Below are positions 50,847 through 61,970 of a stretch of 64,000 bases of DNA, piece after piece. The DNA comes from Felis catus (lineage: Eukaryota). The stretch covers positions 77,378,001 to 77,442,000 of the forward strand of contig NC_058368.1 of the NCBI RefSeq assembly GCF_018350175.1, given 5' to 3'. The number at the start of each line of letters is the position of its first letter. The stretch's first letter is position 1. The position numbers and the translations under genes were made by a program. The notes below the pieces were generated by a model. The model searched no databases and was not told the origin of the DNA. It saw only the letters and a program-made list of their open reading frames with translations.

Positions 50847-51058
50847 AGGCGGGAGTTGATTTTGCCCCTCTTAGGTTATTTGGCAATGTCTGAGATGTTT
50901 TGCTTGTCATAACACAGCAGGAGTGGGGACGCTTCTGGCATCTAGTGGTAGAGACCAGGGATTCAGATGAATATTCCGCAATGCACAGGACAGCCCCGCT
51001 CCGTGACAAAGAGTTATTGACCCCAGAGTGTCAACAATGCAAAGGTTGGAAATACCTA
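50847..51058 (+). mobile_element. MER20
   Basis: tgattttgcccc...atttggcaatgtctg...tggcatctagtggtagagaccaggga...caatgcacaggacagcccc...tgtcaacaatgcaaaggttg. Confidence 0.88.
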
Positions 51059-51231
51059 GAGACATTACCCCTGAAGAGCGGCCACAGGATGTTTTCCTTC
51101 AGTACACAGAGTGCTGTTAAGCCCAATGATATAAAATGCCTCAGGATCGGTCTGCAATATAAACCTATAAAAAAAAAAATCAGGAATCTGGATATCCAGG
51201 AAGAAAAATCTTACTTTAAGAGTCAACTTGA

Positions 51232-51457
51232 GGGGCGCCTGGGTGGCGCAGTCGGTTAAGCGTCCCACTTCAGCCAGGTCACGATCTCGCGGTCCGTGAG
51301 TTCGAGCCCCGCGTCGGGCTCTGGGCTGATGGCTCGGAGCCTGGAGCCTGTTTCCGATTCTGCGTCTCCCTCTCTCTCTGCCCCTCCCCCCGTTCATGCT
51401 CTGTCTCTCTCTGTCCCAAAAATAAATAAACGTTGAAAAAAAAAATTAAAAAAAAAA
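51232..51457 (+). mobile_element. very young SINEC_Fc
   Basis: CpGs largely intact, long clean A tail, perfect TSD AAGAGTCAACTTGA (51218-51231 and 51458-51471). Confidence 0.97.
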
Positions 51458-51974
51458 AAGAGTCAACTTGAGCATGGAGGAAAGAATGAGGACCCAAATA
51501 ATGTTTCTCAGAAAGTCGATTCATATTTAAATGAGGGTCAGAACTAGGGGGGCTGAGATTCCAGAATGCCCCCTCCTCATGTGTAACACAGACAGTTCGT
51601 GCAGTCAGTCCAGTTTGATGAAACAAGTATGTCTGAGGGAATTATGGTTCCTCCTTGGACACAAATCTCATTGATATGAAATATTTGAATAATTAACGGG
51701 CCAAGTCAGTATTAAATGGCATTGCCAATGGGAGCTACTTTGTAGATATTGTTCCTATTGATGAACAAGTGCTCTTTGTTGAATTCAACAAAATTATACT
51801 TAAATCTATTGATTAGGTCTTAGATACCAAGCAGCCAATGCACAAATATGCACAGGAGAAAGAGAGGGAAAATGCTACCAATTCAAATTATTTTGAATTA
51901 TAGAAAATTAATGCAACGTGTTTGATCCACTTATTAATAATGATCAGCATTGATCCTGCAGGCAAATATTATTT

Positions 51975-52345
51975 GTTATGGGTTGAATCATGTCCCCCCG
52001 CCCCAACCCATAAAAGATATGTTAAAATCCTAACCCCCAGTACTTGTGAATATGACCTTATTTAGCAATTGGATCTTGGCAGATATAATCAAGGTAAGAT
52101 GAAGTGATTAGGATGGACCCTAATCCAATATAACTGGTGTCCTTCCAAGCAGAGGAGAAAGAGAAGGGAACACCTTGTGTTCAAAGACACAAGCAAAGAA
52201 GATGGCCATGTAAAGACAGAGGCAGAGGCTGAAAAGAAGCTGTCACAAACCAAGGAACACCTGGGGCTACCAGAACTGAAAGAGGCAGGAAGGATTCTCC
52301 CCTAGAGGTTTCAGCTGCAGCATGGCCCTGCCAACATCTTGATAC
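51975..52345 (+). mobile_element. MaLR LTR (MLT1B/C-like), 3'-truncated
   Basis: tgttatgggttgaat...cctaacccccagtac...tgaccttattt...ccctaatccaatataactggtgtcc...ccctagagg...atggccctgccaacatcttgat. Confidence 0.88.
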
Positions 52346-52678
52346 ATACATTGTGTCCGTAAGTAGTACACTATTTGCCAAAGAATCAAAATAGATCAAC
52401 GTTTACAGCCAGAAAGTCGTTTTATAATCTTATGAAAGTGTACAGGAGATGAAAAACAACATGTGTAAATATTTAAATGCTTTTTATAATATTAGATTTA
52501 ATCAGGATGCTTTACTCATTAAACATAAAAAGTACACATATATCCACATCTATATACACACATATATTAAAAACTATTCCACATAATTCTTTTTGGTTTA
52601 TTTGGTATTTTGGGGGGATGTCAAATATATATATTTGGAGATGATTGTCCTTTATTTCTGATGTATTTGTAACTTTTT

Positions 52679-52921
52679 TTTTAAACATTTTGCTCTTTTT
52701 TTTTAATTTTTTTTTTTAACATGTATTTATTTTTGAGACTGAGAGAGACAGAACGTGAACGGGGGAGGGTCAGAGAGAGAGAGGGAGACACAGAATCTGA
52801 AACAGGCTCCAGGCTCTGAGCTGTCAGCACAAGCCCGACGCAGGGCTTGAACTCATGAACCGCAAGATCATGACCTGAGCCGAAGTCGGACGCTTAACCG
52901 ACTGAGCCACCCAGGCGCCCC
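52679..52921 (-). mobile_element. Can-SINE (SINEC_Fc type)
   Basis: Perfect 15-bp TSD TATTTGTAACTTTTT (52664-52678 and 52922-52936). Confidence 0.95.
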
Positions 52922-53807
52922 TATTTGTAACTTTTTAAGTCATTAGGATACTTATTAACATGGTGAAAAACCATTAAAATTTTTATTTCATTTTCTGCTA
53001 TCTCAACACCCACAAAATCCTATAGGCACATAACTAAATTTATAAATTGTGCACCTGAATCGATCTTGTCAATAAAACTTCAATTTTTGATGGAAAATCA
53101 ATCCAAACAAGTAGAAAAAGATTAAACTCTCTTTAATTTGTTGGCATCTACATGTTAGACGTTACAAAGGAAAGGAGCTGGAAATTGTCTATGAGACTAC
53201 CACAAAGTGTTCAACCATTCTGACTGATAAGACCCCTAGATTTTTCAGCCATATTCATGAAAGATATAATGTTCATAACTTCATTTTTTCTTATAAAATC
53301 AGATGGTTTTGATAGGGTAATGCTGTTCCCATAAAATAAGTTAGTTAATGGTCCCTCTTATTATATTTTATGAAAGACTTTGTATGGAATTAGTATTATT
53401 ATTTTCTTGAATGTTTGAAACATTGACTAATGAAGCTACTTTGTACTGGAGTTTCTTTTTGAAAGGTTTGGACTGTGAATTCAATTTTCTTTACTAGATA
53501 CAGGGCTATTTAAGTTATCGATTTCTTCTTGGGTGAGACTTTGTTGTTTGTGAGATCTTTCAGGGATTTTTAAAATTTCATCTAACTTTCTGAAATTATT
53601 GGCAAAAGGTTGTTTGTAATATCATCATAGTATCTTTTTCATTCTGTAGGATCTGTAGTAATAACCCTTTAGTTATTTGTTATATTGGTGATTTGTGTTC
53701 TTTCCTTTTTAGAGGAGTCTAGAGTGTTGTCTATGTCAATCACTTCTAAAAGCAAATTTTTGGATTGGCTACTTTTCTCTGTGTTATTTCACAATCTTAC
53801 TGATTCC

Positions 53808-54168
53808 TGTCTTAATCAGTTTGGGTTGCTATAACAAATTATCGTACAATGAGTGACTTAAATAAGAGACATTTATTATTCAAAGTTATGGAGGCTGGGA
53901 AGTCCAGGATTAAGGTGTCAGCAGATTCAATGTCTAGTGAGTCTTCTATCTAGTTTGTACTGGCAATTTTCTTGCTGTGTTCTCACATGGCAAGAAGTCA
54001 TCATTTCCCTCATGTGTCTTTTATAAGGGCAATACTTCCATCAGGAAAGCTCTACTTTTATGATCTAATTACCTTTTAAAGTTTCCATCTCCAAATACCA
54101 TAACATTGGGGATTAGGGTTTTAACATATGAATTTTGAGAGGACACAAACATTAAGTCCATAGCAACA
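53808..54168 (-). mobile_element. MLT1A-type solo LTR nested in L1
   Basis: TG...CA termini with a 5-bp TSD ATTCC (53803-53807 and 54169-54173); ggaggctgggaagtccaggattaaggtgtcagcagatt and ggacacaaacatt motifs. Confidence 0.9.
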
Positions 54169-55963
54169 ATTCCTCTCGTTTTTAATATTTTCTTCTTTCT
54201 ACATGCTTTGAGCATATTTTGCCCTTCTTTTCCTACTATCTTGCAGTAGAATCTTAGAATATTGATGTTAAACCTTCCTTATTACCTGAAATAAGCATCT
54301 GAATGTATATATATTTGTTTGAATACTACTTTAGCTGTACCTTACAAATTTTTATACATTGTATTTTTGGTATCATGAATTCAAACATTTTCTAATTTCT
54401 TTTGTGATTTCTTTGAAGGTATTTAATTTTAAAATATTAAAAAATAATTTCCAAATATATGAGTTTTCCCAGATATATTATTATTTTTGGCTGTTTATTT
54501 AATACACTTGTGATCATGTAACACATTCTGTATTACTTTGATCCTTGAAAAATTTTAAAGACATGTTTTATGGCCGTGTATAAATCCTATTTTTTATACT
54601 ATTGTTTTTTGTTTACATTATACTATCAGCACTTGGAAAGAACTTGCACTCTACCGTTAAATTCTACCATTGTTCTATAAGTATCAAATATGATTAAGTC
54701 ATTGTTAGTGCTCTGATCTTTTATATCTTTGCTGATTTTTTTGTTCTGTTCTGTCAATTGCTGAAAGAGAAGTATTAAAGCCTCCTGCTATCACCTGGAA
54801 TTTCTCACTTTAAGTCTGTCAATTTTTGCTTTATCAATTTTGAATGCGAATGTGATACATTCACATTTATGATTGCTATAAATTATCATTATGCCTATCA
54901 TTATGTTATAGCCATTTCATTATGAAAACTCCCTTTTTAACTGATAATACTAGATTCTTAAAGTCTGTTTTAATGGATATTAAAATTTCGGGTTTCTTAT
55001 GCTGACTGTTTGCATAGTATATATTTTTTACATCTATTTGCTTTCAATCTGGTTGTACTTTTTATTTAAAGTGCCCTTTCTTGTAGACAGCAGATAGTTG
55101 GGTCTTGTGATTGTACCACTCTGTCTGACCATCTCTGTGTTTTAATTGGAATATTAATTGCATTAACATTTAACGTAATTATTGATATAGTTGGATTTAG
55201 ATCTAATATTTTAATATTTATTTTCTGTTTATCTCTCTGTGTTTTGTTCCTTTGTTCTCCCCTCTCTGTCCTCTTTTGGATTCTTTGAATACTTTCAGAA
55301 TTTCACTTTATATTGTCTCCTTATCTGTTTTTCTCTGTACTTGGTGTGTAATTTTTTGTAATTGTTCTTTGGATTATAATATGCATCTTTATATTTTCAT
55401 AATACTTAGAGTTAATATTGTACCAATTTATGTAAAATGTAGAAATCTTGAACCTGTGTGGATCCATTTCCCCACCCCCATTATGGTTGTCTTGTTATTG
55501 TTGTTTGGCGCATTACACCCAAGAGCATTATAAATCACGTGATGCAATATTATACTTTCTGTTTTCAACAGTAATTTTTAAAAGAAATTAAGAAAAAAAA
55601 TTTTTTATATTTACACATATGTATTTACCTTTCCCAATGCTCCTCATTCATTCCTGACAATCCCAGTTTCCCACTACCATTTTGTTACCAAAAAGGCTGC
55701 CCTTTTTCTCAGTCTCGAAAACTTCTCTTAACATTTTTTACAGTACATGTCTGGTTTGTAGAAGTTCTCTCAGTTTGATCTGAGCTGAAAATTCTTTTGC
55801 TTCACCTTAGCTCTTGAAGGATATTTTCACTAGTTATGGAGTTTTTGAGAGACAGCTAATTAGTTTCTCTCAGCACTTAAAAAATGTTGTTCTGGTCCCC
55901 TAATTTCTGATGAAGTGTTGACAGCACTTTGCTTGATTGTTGCCTGTATATAAATTGTTGTTT

Positions 55964-56172
55964 GGGGGCACCTGGGTGGCTCAGTCAGTTGAGCATCCGA
56001 CTTCAGCTCAGGTCATGATCGCGTGGTTCATGAGTTTGAGCCCCGCATTGACAGCTCAGAGCCTGGAGCCTGCTTCGGATTTTGTGCCTCCCTCTCTCTC
56101 TCTCTCTGCCCCTTCCCCGCTTGTGTTCTGTCTCTCTCTCTCTCTCAAAAATAAATAAACATTAAAAAAAAA
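55964..56172 (+). mobile_element. Can-SINE
   Basis: Head, CT tracts and A tail; degenerate TSD taaa..gttgttt. Confidence 0.92.
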
Positions 56173-56319
56173 GTAAAGCGTTGTTTTGTTCTGGCTTCTT
56201 TTACAACTTTCCTCTTTATTTGAATTTATTTTGGTTTTTCTCTTTATCTTGGTTTTTTACTATGATGTCTTCAGGCATGGGAGTGGTGACGTTTTCATCA
56301 TGGAGTCAAAGTGAAGATC

Positions 56320-56618
56320 ATCATTAATGGGACAGGTTGAAATCATGTTTTGCATGATAGGATAAACCTTTCTGATATTCCCTCAATATAATACTGTGAA
56401 AAGATCAGAAAAACCCAAATGGAGGGACGTGTAAAAAAATAACTGGCTTATGGGCCACCTGGGTGGCTCAGCTGGTTAAGCATCTGACTTCATCTCAGCT
56501 CATGATCTCCTGTTTCGTGAGTTCGAGCCCGGCATCAGGCTCTATGCTGACAGCTCGGAGCCTGGAGCCTGCTTTGGATTCGGTGTCTCCCTCTCCCTCT
56601 GCCTCTCCCTTGATTGTG

Positions 56619-56650
<32 letters not shown>

Positions 56651-57012
56651 AATAAATAATAAACACTAGAAATTTTTTTAAAACACTGGCTTATGACTTT
56701 CAAAACATCAAGGTCATAAAAGTAAGGGACATACGAAAGAACTCTCTCAGGTCATGTTTGGGACAGTGGGTGAAATTTTAAATAGGATCCAAGGATGGGA
56801 TGGCATTAAATTTCAATATTAGCTTTCTGATTTTGAAGATTGAATTTAGTTATAAAGGAGATTTTTATTCATAGGAAATACCCCCTTAAAATATTCAGAG
56901 AAGATGAGGTTCAGGTTGGCAATTTATTCTCAAATGGTTTGGAAAAGAGGGGAAAAGTTGATTGGACTATTCTTGCACCTGTTCTGTAGGTGTGTGATTG
57001 TTTCCATGTAAC
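56320..57012 (+). mobile_element. L1MC/L1ME-type 3' UTR remnant
   Basis: aaacccaaatggagggac...aataactggc...tcaaggtcataaaag...tttctgattttga...aggaaatac...tattctcaaatggtt...actattcttgca. Confidence 0.7.
56453..56684 (+). mobile_element. Can-SINE
   Basis: TSD ACTGGCTTATG (56442-56452 and 56685-56695). Confidence 0.93.
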
Positions 57013-58124
57013 AAAAAAGACCACAAAGTTTTCCGTAATCAGAAATAAGTTTTTAAAATAACAGAAACTCTAAATTAAAAGGACAAAGTTGGCTAAGAAC
57101 ACCACCAAATCATTATGTTTAGAAGTCTCACACCACAAATTTTGGTAAAACTGGAATATTTAGATTAGTGAACAGGTGACCCGGCTTTCTCTTTTGTATT
57201 GATGATGAAATAAGAATTTTAGTTCATATATTCAGTACGTAACGCAAATTTACAGTTTTGACTTTATAACCTAAGATATCAGGCAGCGTTTCATTTTCAT
57301 TGCAATCCTGATATGTCTATATTGTTTTATCATACTTTTCTTACATAGTTAAATTTGACAGTGGCCCAGTGAGATTTTGGGATCTTTTTTTGGGTATGTG
57401 AGTGATAAGTATGTACATGTGCATTCATGGTGTTAAGTAACTGATATGTTAGGTATCTGTTAGTTACTAATGTGACAGGTACGTAAGGTTACTCTAATGA
57501 TTAATTTTATAATGCTAAGTAATATTGAAATATATTGCCGTTAATTGTTTTTTTAATTTCACTATATATAATTAAATCACTGGTCCTTAAATGTACACTC
57601 AAAGAGAGAGATTCCGTTAAGAAGAAATGCATTAATATTTATCTGGGAATTGAGTTCTGACCTTCATACAGGTAATCCCAGATAATCTAAATACAGGTTT
57701 ATTAATTTAACCCTTCCAGATGTATTTTCCCTCAACCAGATTTATGTTGAACAACTTCTTATAAGAACAACTATATATAGATTCTTTAATTTCTAGTGAG
57801 TTCTTGTTCAGTGTGTTAGCTCACAAATAAGCTTGGGATTTACATAATAGTCCCATTACCATATTGAATAATGCAAATAACTTGTAATTTCTGCACATGA
57901 AACCTAGCAGATGTTATGAAGATACTTAATTTTGGCTTATTATCAGAAAGTAGGCTAAACACCAGCATAGTCTATTATATCCAGAATCTCCTATTTGTTC
58001 ACATATGCAATTGCACTCATTAATATCATCTAACTGAAAGTGAGTACAATGCATACTTCTTCTCTTACCAACTACCCAGTGCTTTCCAAACCTACTTATT
58101 AGATGCTATTTTTATGTATGTATA

Positions 58125-58348
58125 TATTTATTATTTTTAAAAATTTATTACTTATTTTTTGAGAGGCAGAGAGAGACAGAGCACCAGCAGGAGAAGGGTA
58201 GAGAGAGAGGGAGACTCCGAATCCGAAGCAGGCTCCAGGCTCTGAGCTGTCAGCACAGAGCCTGACGCGGGGCTTAAACTTACGAACCAGGAGATCATGA
58301 CCTGAGCCAAAGTCCGACGCTTAACTGACTGAGCCGCCCTGGTGCCCC
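58125..58348 (-). mobile_element. Can-SINE (SINEC_Fc type)
   Basis: Reverse-complement full element abutting the tail of an older SINE. Confidence 0.92.
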
Positions 58349-58525
58349 TTTTTTTTTGTTTTTTATTTTAGAGACAGAAAGAAAGAGAGAGAGCAGGGGA
58401 GAGGCAGAAAGGGAGAGAGAGACAATCTTAAACAGGTTCTACACTCAGCATGGAGCCTGATGTGAGGCTTGATCCCACGACCCTGGGATCATGACCTGAG
58501 CTGAAATCATTAGTCAGATGTTAAG
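58349..58525 (-). mobile_element. older Can-SINE, head truncated
   Basis: gacaatcttaaacagg...gatcccacgaccctgggatcatgacctgagctgaaatc. Confidence 0.85.
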
Positions 58526-58623
58526 CTCCAGTATATGGGTTTTTTTTTTAATATAGAGGTTTTAAAGATTTCACAAGTTAGAAGGACCAAGTTTAAAACA
58601 ATAACATCCAGAACATATATATA

Positions 58624-58811
58624 TTTTTTAATATTTATTTATTTTTGAAGGACAGAGAACATGAGTAGGATAGGGACAGGGAAAGAGGGAGAGAGAGGGA
58701 GAGAGAGGATCCAAAGTGGGCTCCATGCTGATGGGGCTCACACTCCCAAACCGTGAGACCATGACCTGAGCCAAAGTCAGAAGCTTAACCAACTGACCCA
58801 CCCAGGGCCCC
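58624..58811 (-). mobile_element. Can-SINE (internally deleted)
   Basis: Reverse-complement head cacccaggggccc and tail tttatttattttt. Confidence 0.88.
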
Positions 58812-59600
58812 AAGAATATACCTTTTTAAAAAATGTATATATCATGCTATTTTTGATTCTGAAAGTCAAGTAAACACCAGATTAAAGAGTCACTTAAAAA
58901 TTAAATATTTTCTTGAAAAATAGGTTTTTATGAAATTATAGGAGTTTTCCTGGGCACCCTAACATGTGTAGACTTCGTGAAGAATGTCCAACCTTGCCCA
59001 CAATGGTCATTGTTGTCACTGATTTGGACGCAGTGTTGGGTTTCTAATGAGCCACTCTTTAATTTTATATGTCCTTGGTAATACCACTTATTTTCTCCCT
59101 TTTGATATATTTCTTTCTGAAAAACAGTAATTTTCACTACCAATTTTGAAAGAGCAAATCCCAGCCACTAAATCATTGGGTACAAAGATAATTTGCTCAC
59201 TTGCCAACAACAGACCTAGAATGTAAATATAGCTGCCCATTCTCTTTAAGGCGTGTGCCTGGAGCCTTCACTAAGTCATAAAGTTGTCAACATTGAAGAT
59301 AGTGTCTATTATTCATCTTGACCGTCGACCTGAACGCTATGGTACTCTATTTCAATTAGTGTCAACTAATTTTCTTTGGAGTTCCACAGGCATGTGATAC
59401 GATCATACTTTTAGTCAATACTGAAGCCAAACCCTCATTCTAAGACCAGAGATTTGACAAGGAGAAATCTGTGCATCGAACATTCTGCAAATTCACTAAC
59501 CTTGAGGACCAAAAGGCAACAGTGGAAAAATGGGGTCGCTTTCCCCAGACAATGTCACTGAATTTTTCCCACGTATTTTACAATTAAAAATGCAATTTGT

Positions 59601-59794
59601 GGGGCGCCTGGGTGGCTCAGTTGGTAAGTGTCTGACTTCGACTCAGGTCATGATCTTGCAGTTCACGGGTTCGAGCTCCGCATCAGGCTCTGTGCCGACA
59701 GCTCGGAGCCTGCAGCCTGCTTTGGATTCTGTGTCTCCCTCTCTCTCTGCCCCTCCCCCATTCTCTCTCAAAAATAAACATTTTTCCAAAAATT
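59601..59794 (+). mobile_element. Can-SINE
   Basis: 17-bp TSD ttaaaaatgc(a/g)atttgt (59584-59600 and 59795-59811). Confidence 0.95.
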
Positions 59795-59924
59795 TTAAAA
59801 ATGCGATTTGTTTTTATTATTTAAGGCTAAAATTGAATTTTAGCTAGTTTTATTTATTCTAGCCGCTTCCCAGATGAAAGAGAGCAGAGTTATATGCAGA
59901 GTTCTGTGACAGAAGCAGAAGGGC

Positions 59925-60120
59925 CTGGCATTAGAAAAATCATACTTGAGTGCAAACACAGGTGTTCACTACTTGTGTGACCTTGACCTGCTTCCATGCT
60001 GTCTCTGAGACTTGTACCTCCTCCAAATATTTAGGATGAAAAACACCATTTGTGCAGGTTTGTTGTGAATGCCAGAAATGAAGTGCGAAGAGTGCCTGAC
60101 CTTGACAGACGCCTAAAGAA
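59925..60120 (+). mobile_element. MIR
   Basis: cactacttgtgtgaccttg...ctctgagacttgtacctcctc...ggtttgttgtga. Confidence 0.65.
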
Positions 60121-60925
60121 AAAGTTCCGTCTCCTTTCAGCCTTCCGTGTGCTTTTAGCCAATACACCTGGCGTCACTCATTTCCCCCCAGAGCTCTGAT
60201 CTCCGAAGCTTTAGTCGCTGTCATATTTAGAAAGTGGATGCACCTTTCCCACACTGTCCCCTTCACCTGGATTGATAGAGGGTCAGACAAGGCTTCGGAC
60301 ACAACGCAAGAAGTCTGGGCCTTGGAAGTCGCCACAGCAGAGGTGGCCACGGGGGGTTAAAGGAAGCAGAAAGTAAAGTCCGCTGTGCTGAGCTATTTGC
60401 AGTTTTGTTCTCTTCTTTGGAGAGGAGGTAGCTTTATCCTTACAGTCTATGCTATGCTGCCATGACACAGTCCCCCCTGACGACCGCAACGTCTCTAAAT
60501 GTGCACGGGTTGTCCACGGCCGCGAATCCATTCTTCTTCCTGGATTTATTTAATGAATGGCCACACTGGAAAGCTGAGATTCCTTTTCATGTCTTTGTTT
60601 TAGGGTTGTTGTTTTTTTTTTTTTTTTTGTCTTTCACTTGTCTTTAACACTCATATTCAGATTATCAGGATTCAGATTGTCCGGATTCACCCCTCTTCTC
60701 TGTCTCATTCACTGCCGCACTTCCTCCAACTCTCATTATTTTTCACTGATGTTACAGTCCCCTTCCTTCGTTCGTTCGTTTCTTCCTTCCTTCCTTTCCT
60801 CAATCGATGCCCCACACTCCTGCCCAGGAAAAAAATTTTAAATGCATGAAGTTCCTTATGCGGCATAATTTTTAAAATATTCTCTGATGGCTTTGTCTTA
60901 TGTTGAGGGTCAAATCCAAACTTCT

Positions 60926-61092
60926 TTTTTGTTTGTTTGTTTGTTTAAATGTTTATTTATTTTTGAGAGAGAGAGGGAGAGAGAGAGAGAGAGAGAGAAA
61001 ATCCCAAACAGGCTCCCTGCTTTCAATGCAGAGCCCAAAGCAAGGCTCGATCCCGTGAATTGAGATCATGACCTGAGCCACCCAGGCGCCCC
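60926..61092 (-). mobile_element. Can-SINE with internal deletions
   Basis: 16-bp TSD tcaaatcc(a/c)aacttct (60910-60925 and 61093-61108). Confidence 0.93.
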
Positions 61093-61109
61093 TCAAATCC
61101 CAACTTCTA

Positions 61110-61510
61110 AGCTGGGTTATCAGAGCAGCCTCTTGTCTCTCCAACCATGAGTCTCTCTTGGCACGTTTCTGTGCCCTGTACACAGAGGTCCCTTTGGCTT
61201 TGGTCTTCTGCACATGACCACATACTCCATCTGTCCTTTGCTTGCTAACCTCCTACTTGATGATGAGGATGTCACTTTACCTGTGAACCTTTAACCCCTG
61301 CCAATCAGAGTTAAGTGCTCCCAGAGTCCTCTAAGTTTGCCGCGCTCCTGACTTTCTCTTTCTATCATTGTTATATGCCCTTTTCCCACACTGGTCCAGA
61401 AACTTCGGAGAGATCAAAATTACTTTTGTATCTGTTTCTCCAAAGCCTAGCTTAGTCCCAGTGATGTAGAAGCCTTCTCAATAATTTTTTTTTTCAATAA
61501 AGGATTGAAA
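61110..61510 (+). mobile_element. L2 3' fragment
   Basis: ttctgcacatgacc...ctaacctcctact...gatgtcactt...tctccaaagcctagcttagtccc...tctcaataa. Confidence 0.55.
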
Positions 61511-61759
61511 GTCACGAATGTGGGCAGTTTATGGGTATGTTTAAAAGAAACTAATATATGGAGATGTAAGATATCCATACTTTTCTCAAAATGAGAGGCA
61601 TTAAGTATTGATTTTAAACCCCAATCCCCCCCCCCAACCCTTTCTGGAAACATTAATAAAATAAAAACAGAGGAAAAGAAATTTATATAATGCTTTCTTT
61701 GAATCCTGTAAGACACGTCTTTATTGCCCAGAGATTTTATTGGTGTTCGTGATAGGATT

Positions 61760-61970
61760 AAAAAAAATTTTTTTAATGTTTATTTATTTTTGAGAGAGAG
61801 AGAGACAGAACGCAAGTGTGGGAAAGGCAGAGAGGGGAAGACAGACTCTGAAACAGGTTCCCAGCTCTAAGCTGTCAGCACAGAGCCTGAAGGGTGGGCT
61901 TGAACCCATGAACCAGGAGATCATGACCTGATGATCGGACGCCCAACTGAATGAGCCACCCAGGCGCCCC
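61760..61970 (-). mobile_element. Can-SINE
   Basis: Reverse-complement element ending gagccacccaggcgcccc. Confidence 0.92.

Larger units (their letters stand above)
53300..56265 (-). mobile_element. old L1 (L1M-type) ORF2/ORF1-region remnant
   Basis: T-rich plus strand with L1 antisense motifs (agggtaatgctg...ataaaataagtt, tttcttcttgggtgag, ttgtagacagcagatagttgggtcttg, ttgaaggatattttcac); interrupted by an LTR and a SINE. Confidence 0.8.

Noticed and set aside
51188..51199. 12-bp palindrome CTGGATATCCAG
   Set aside because: Several palindromes of this length are expected by chance in 64 kb, and it matches no motif I recognise.
60655..60690. Imperfect 15-bp tandem repeat, plus other tiny duplications (63281-63302, 46431-46450)
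   Set aside because: Ordinary slippage products with no sign of function; not CRISPR-like because there are no unique spacers.
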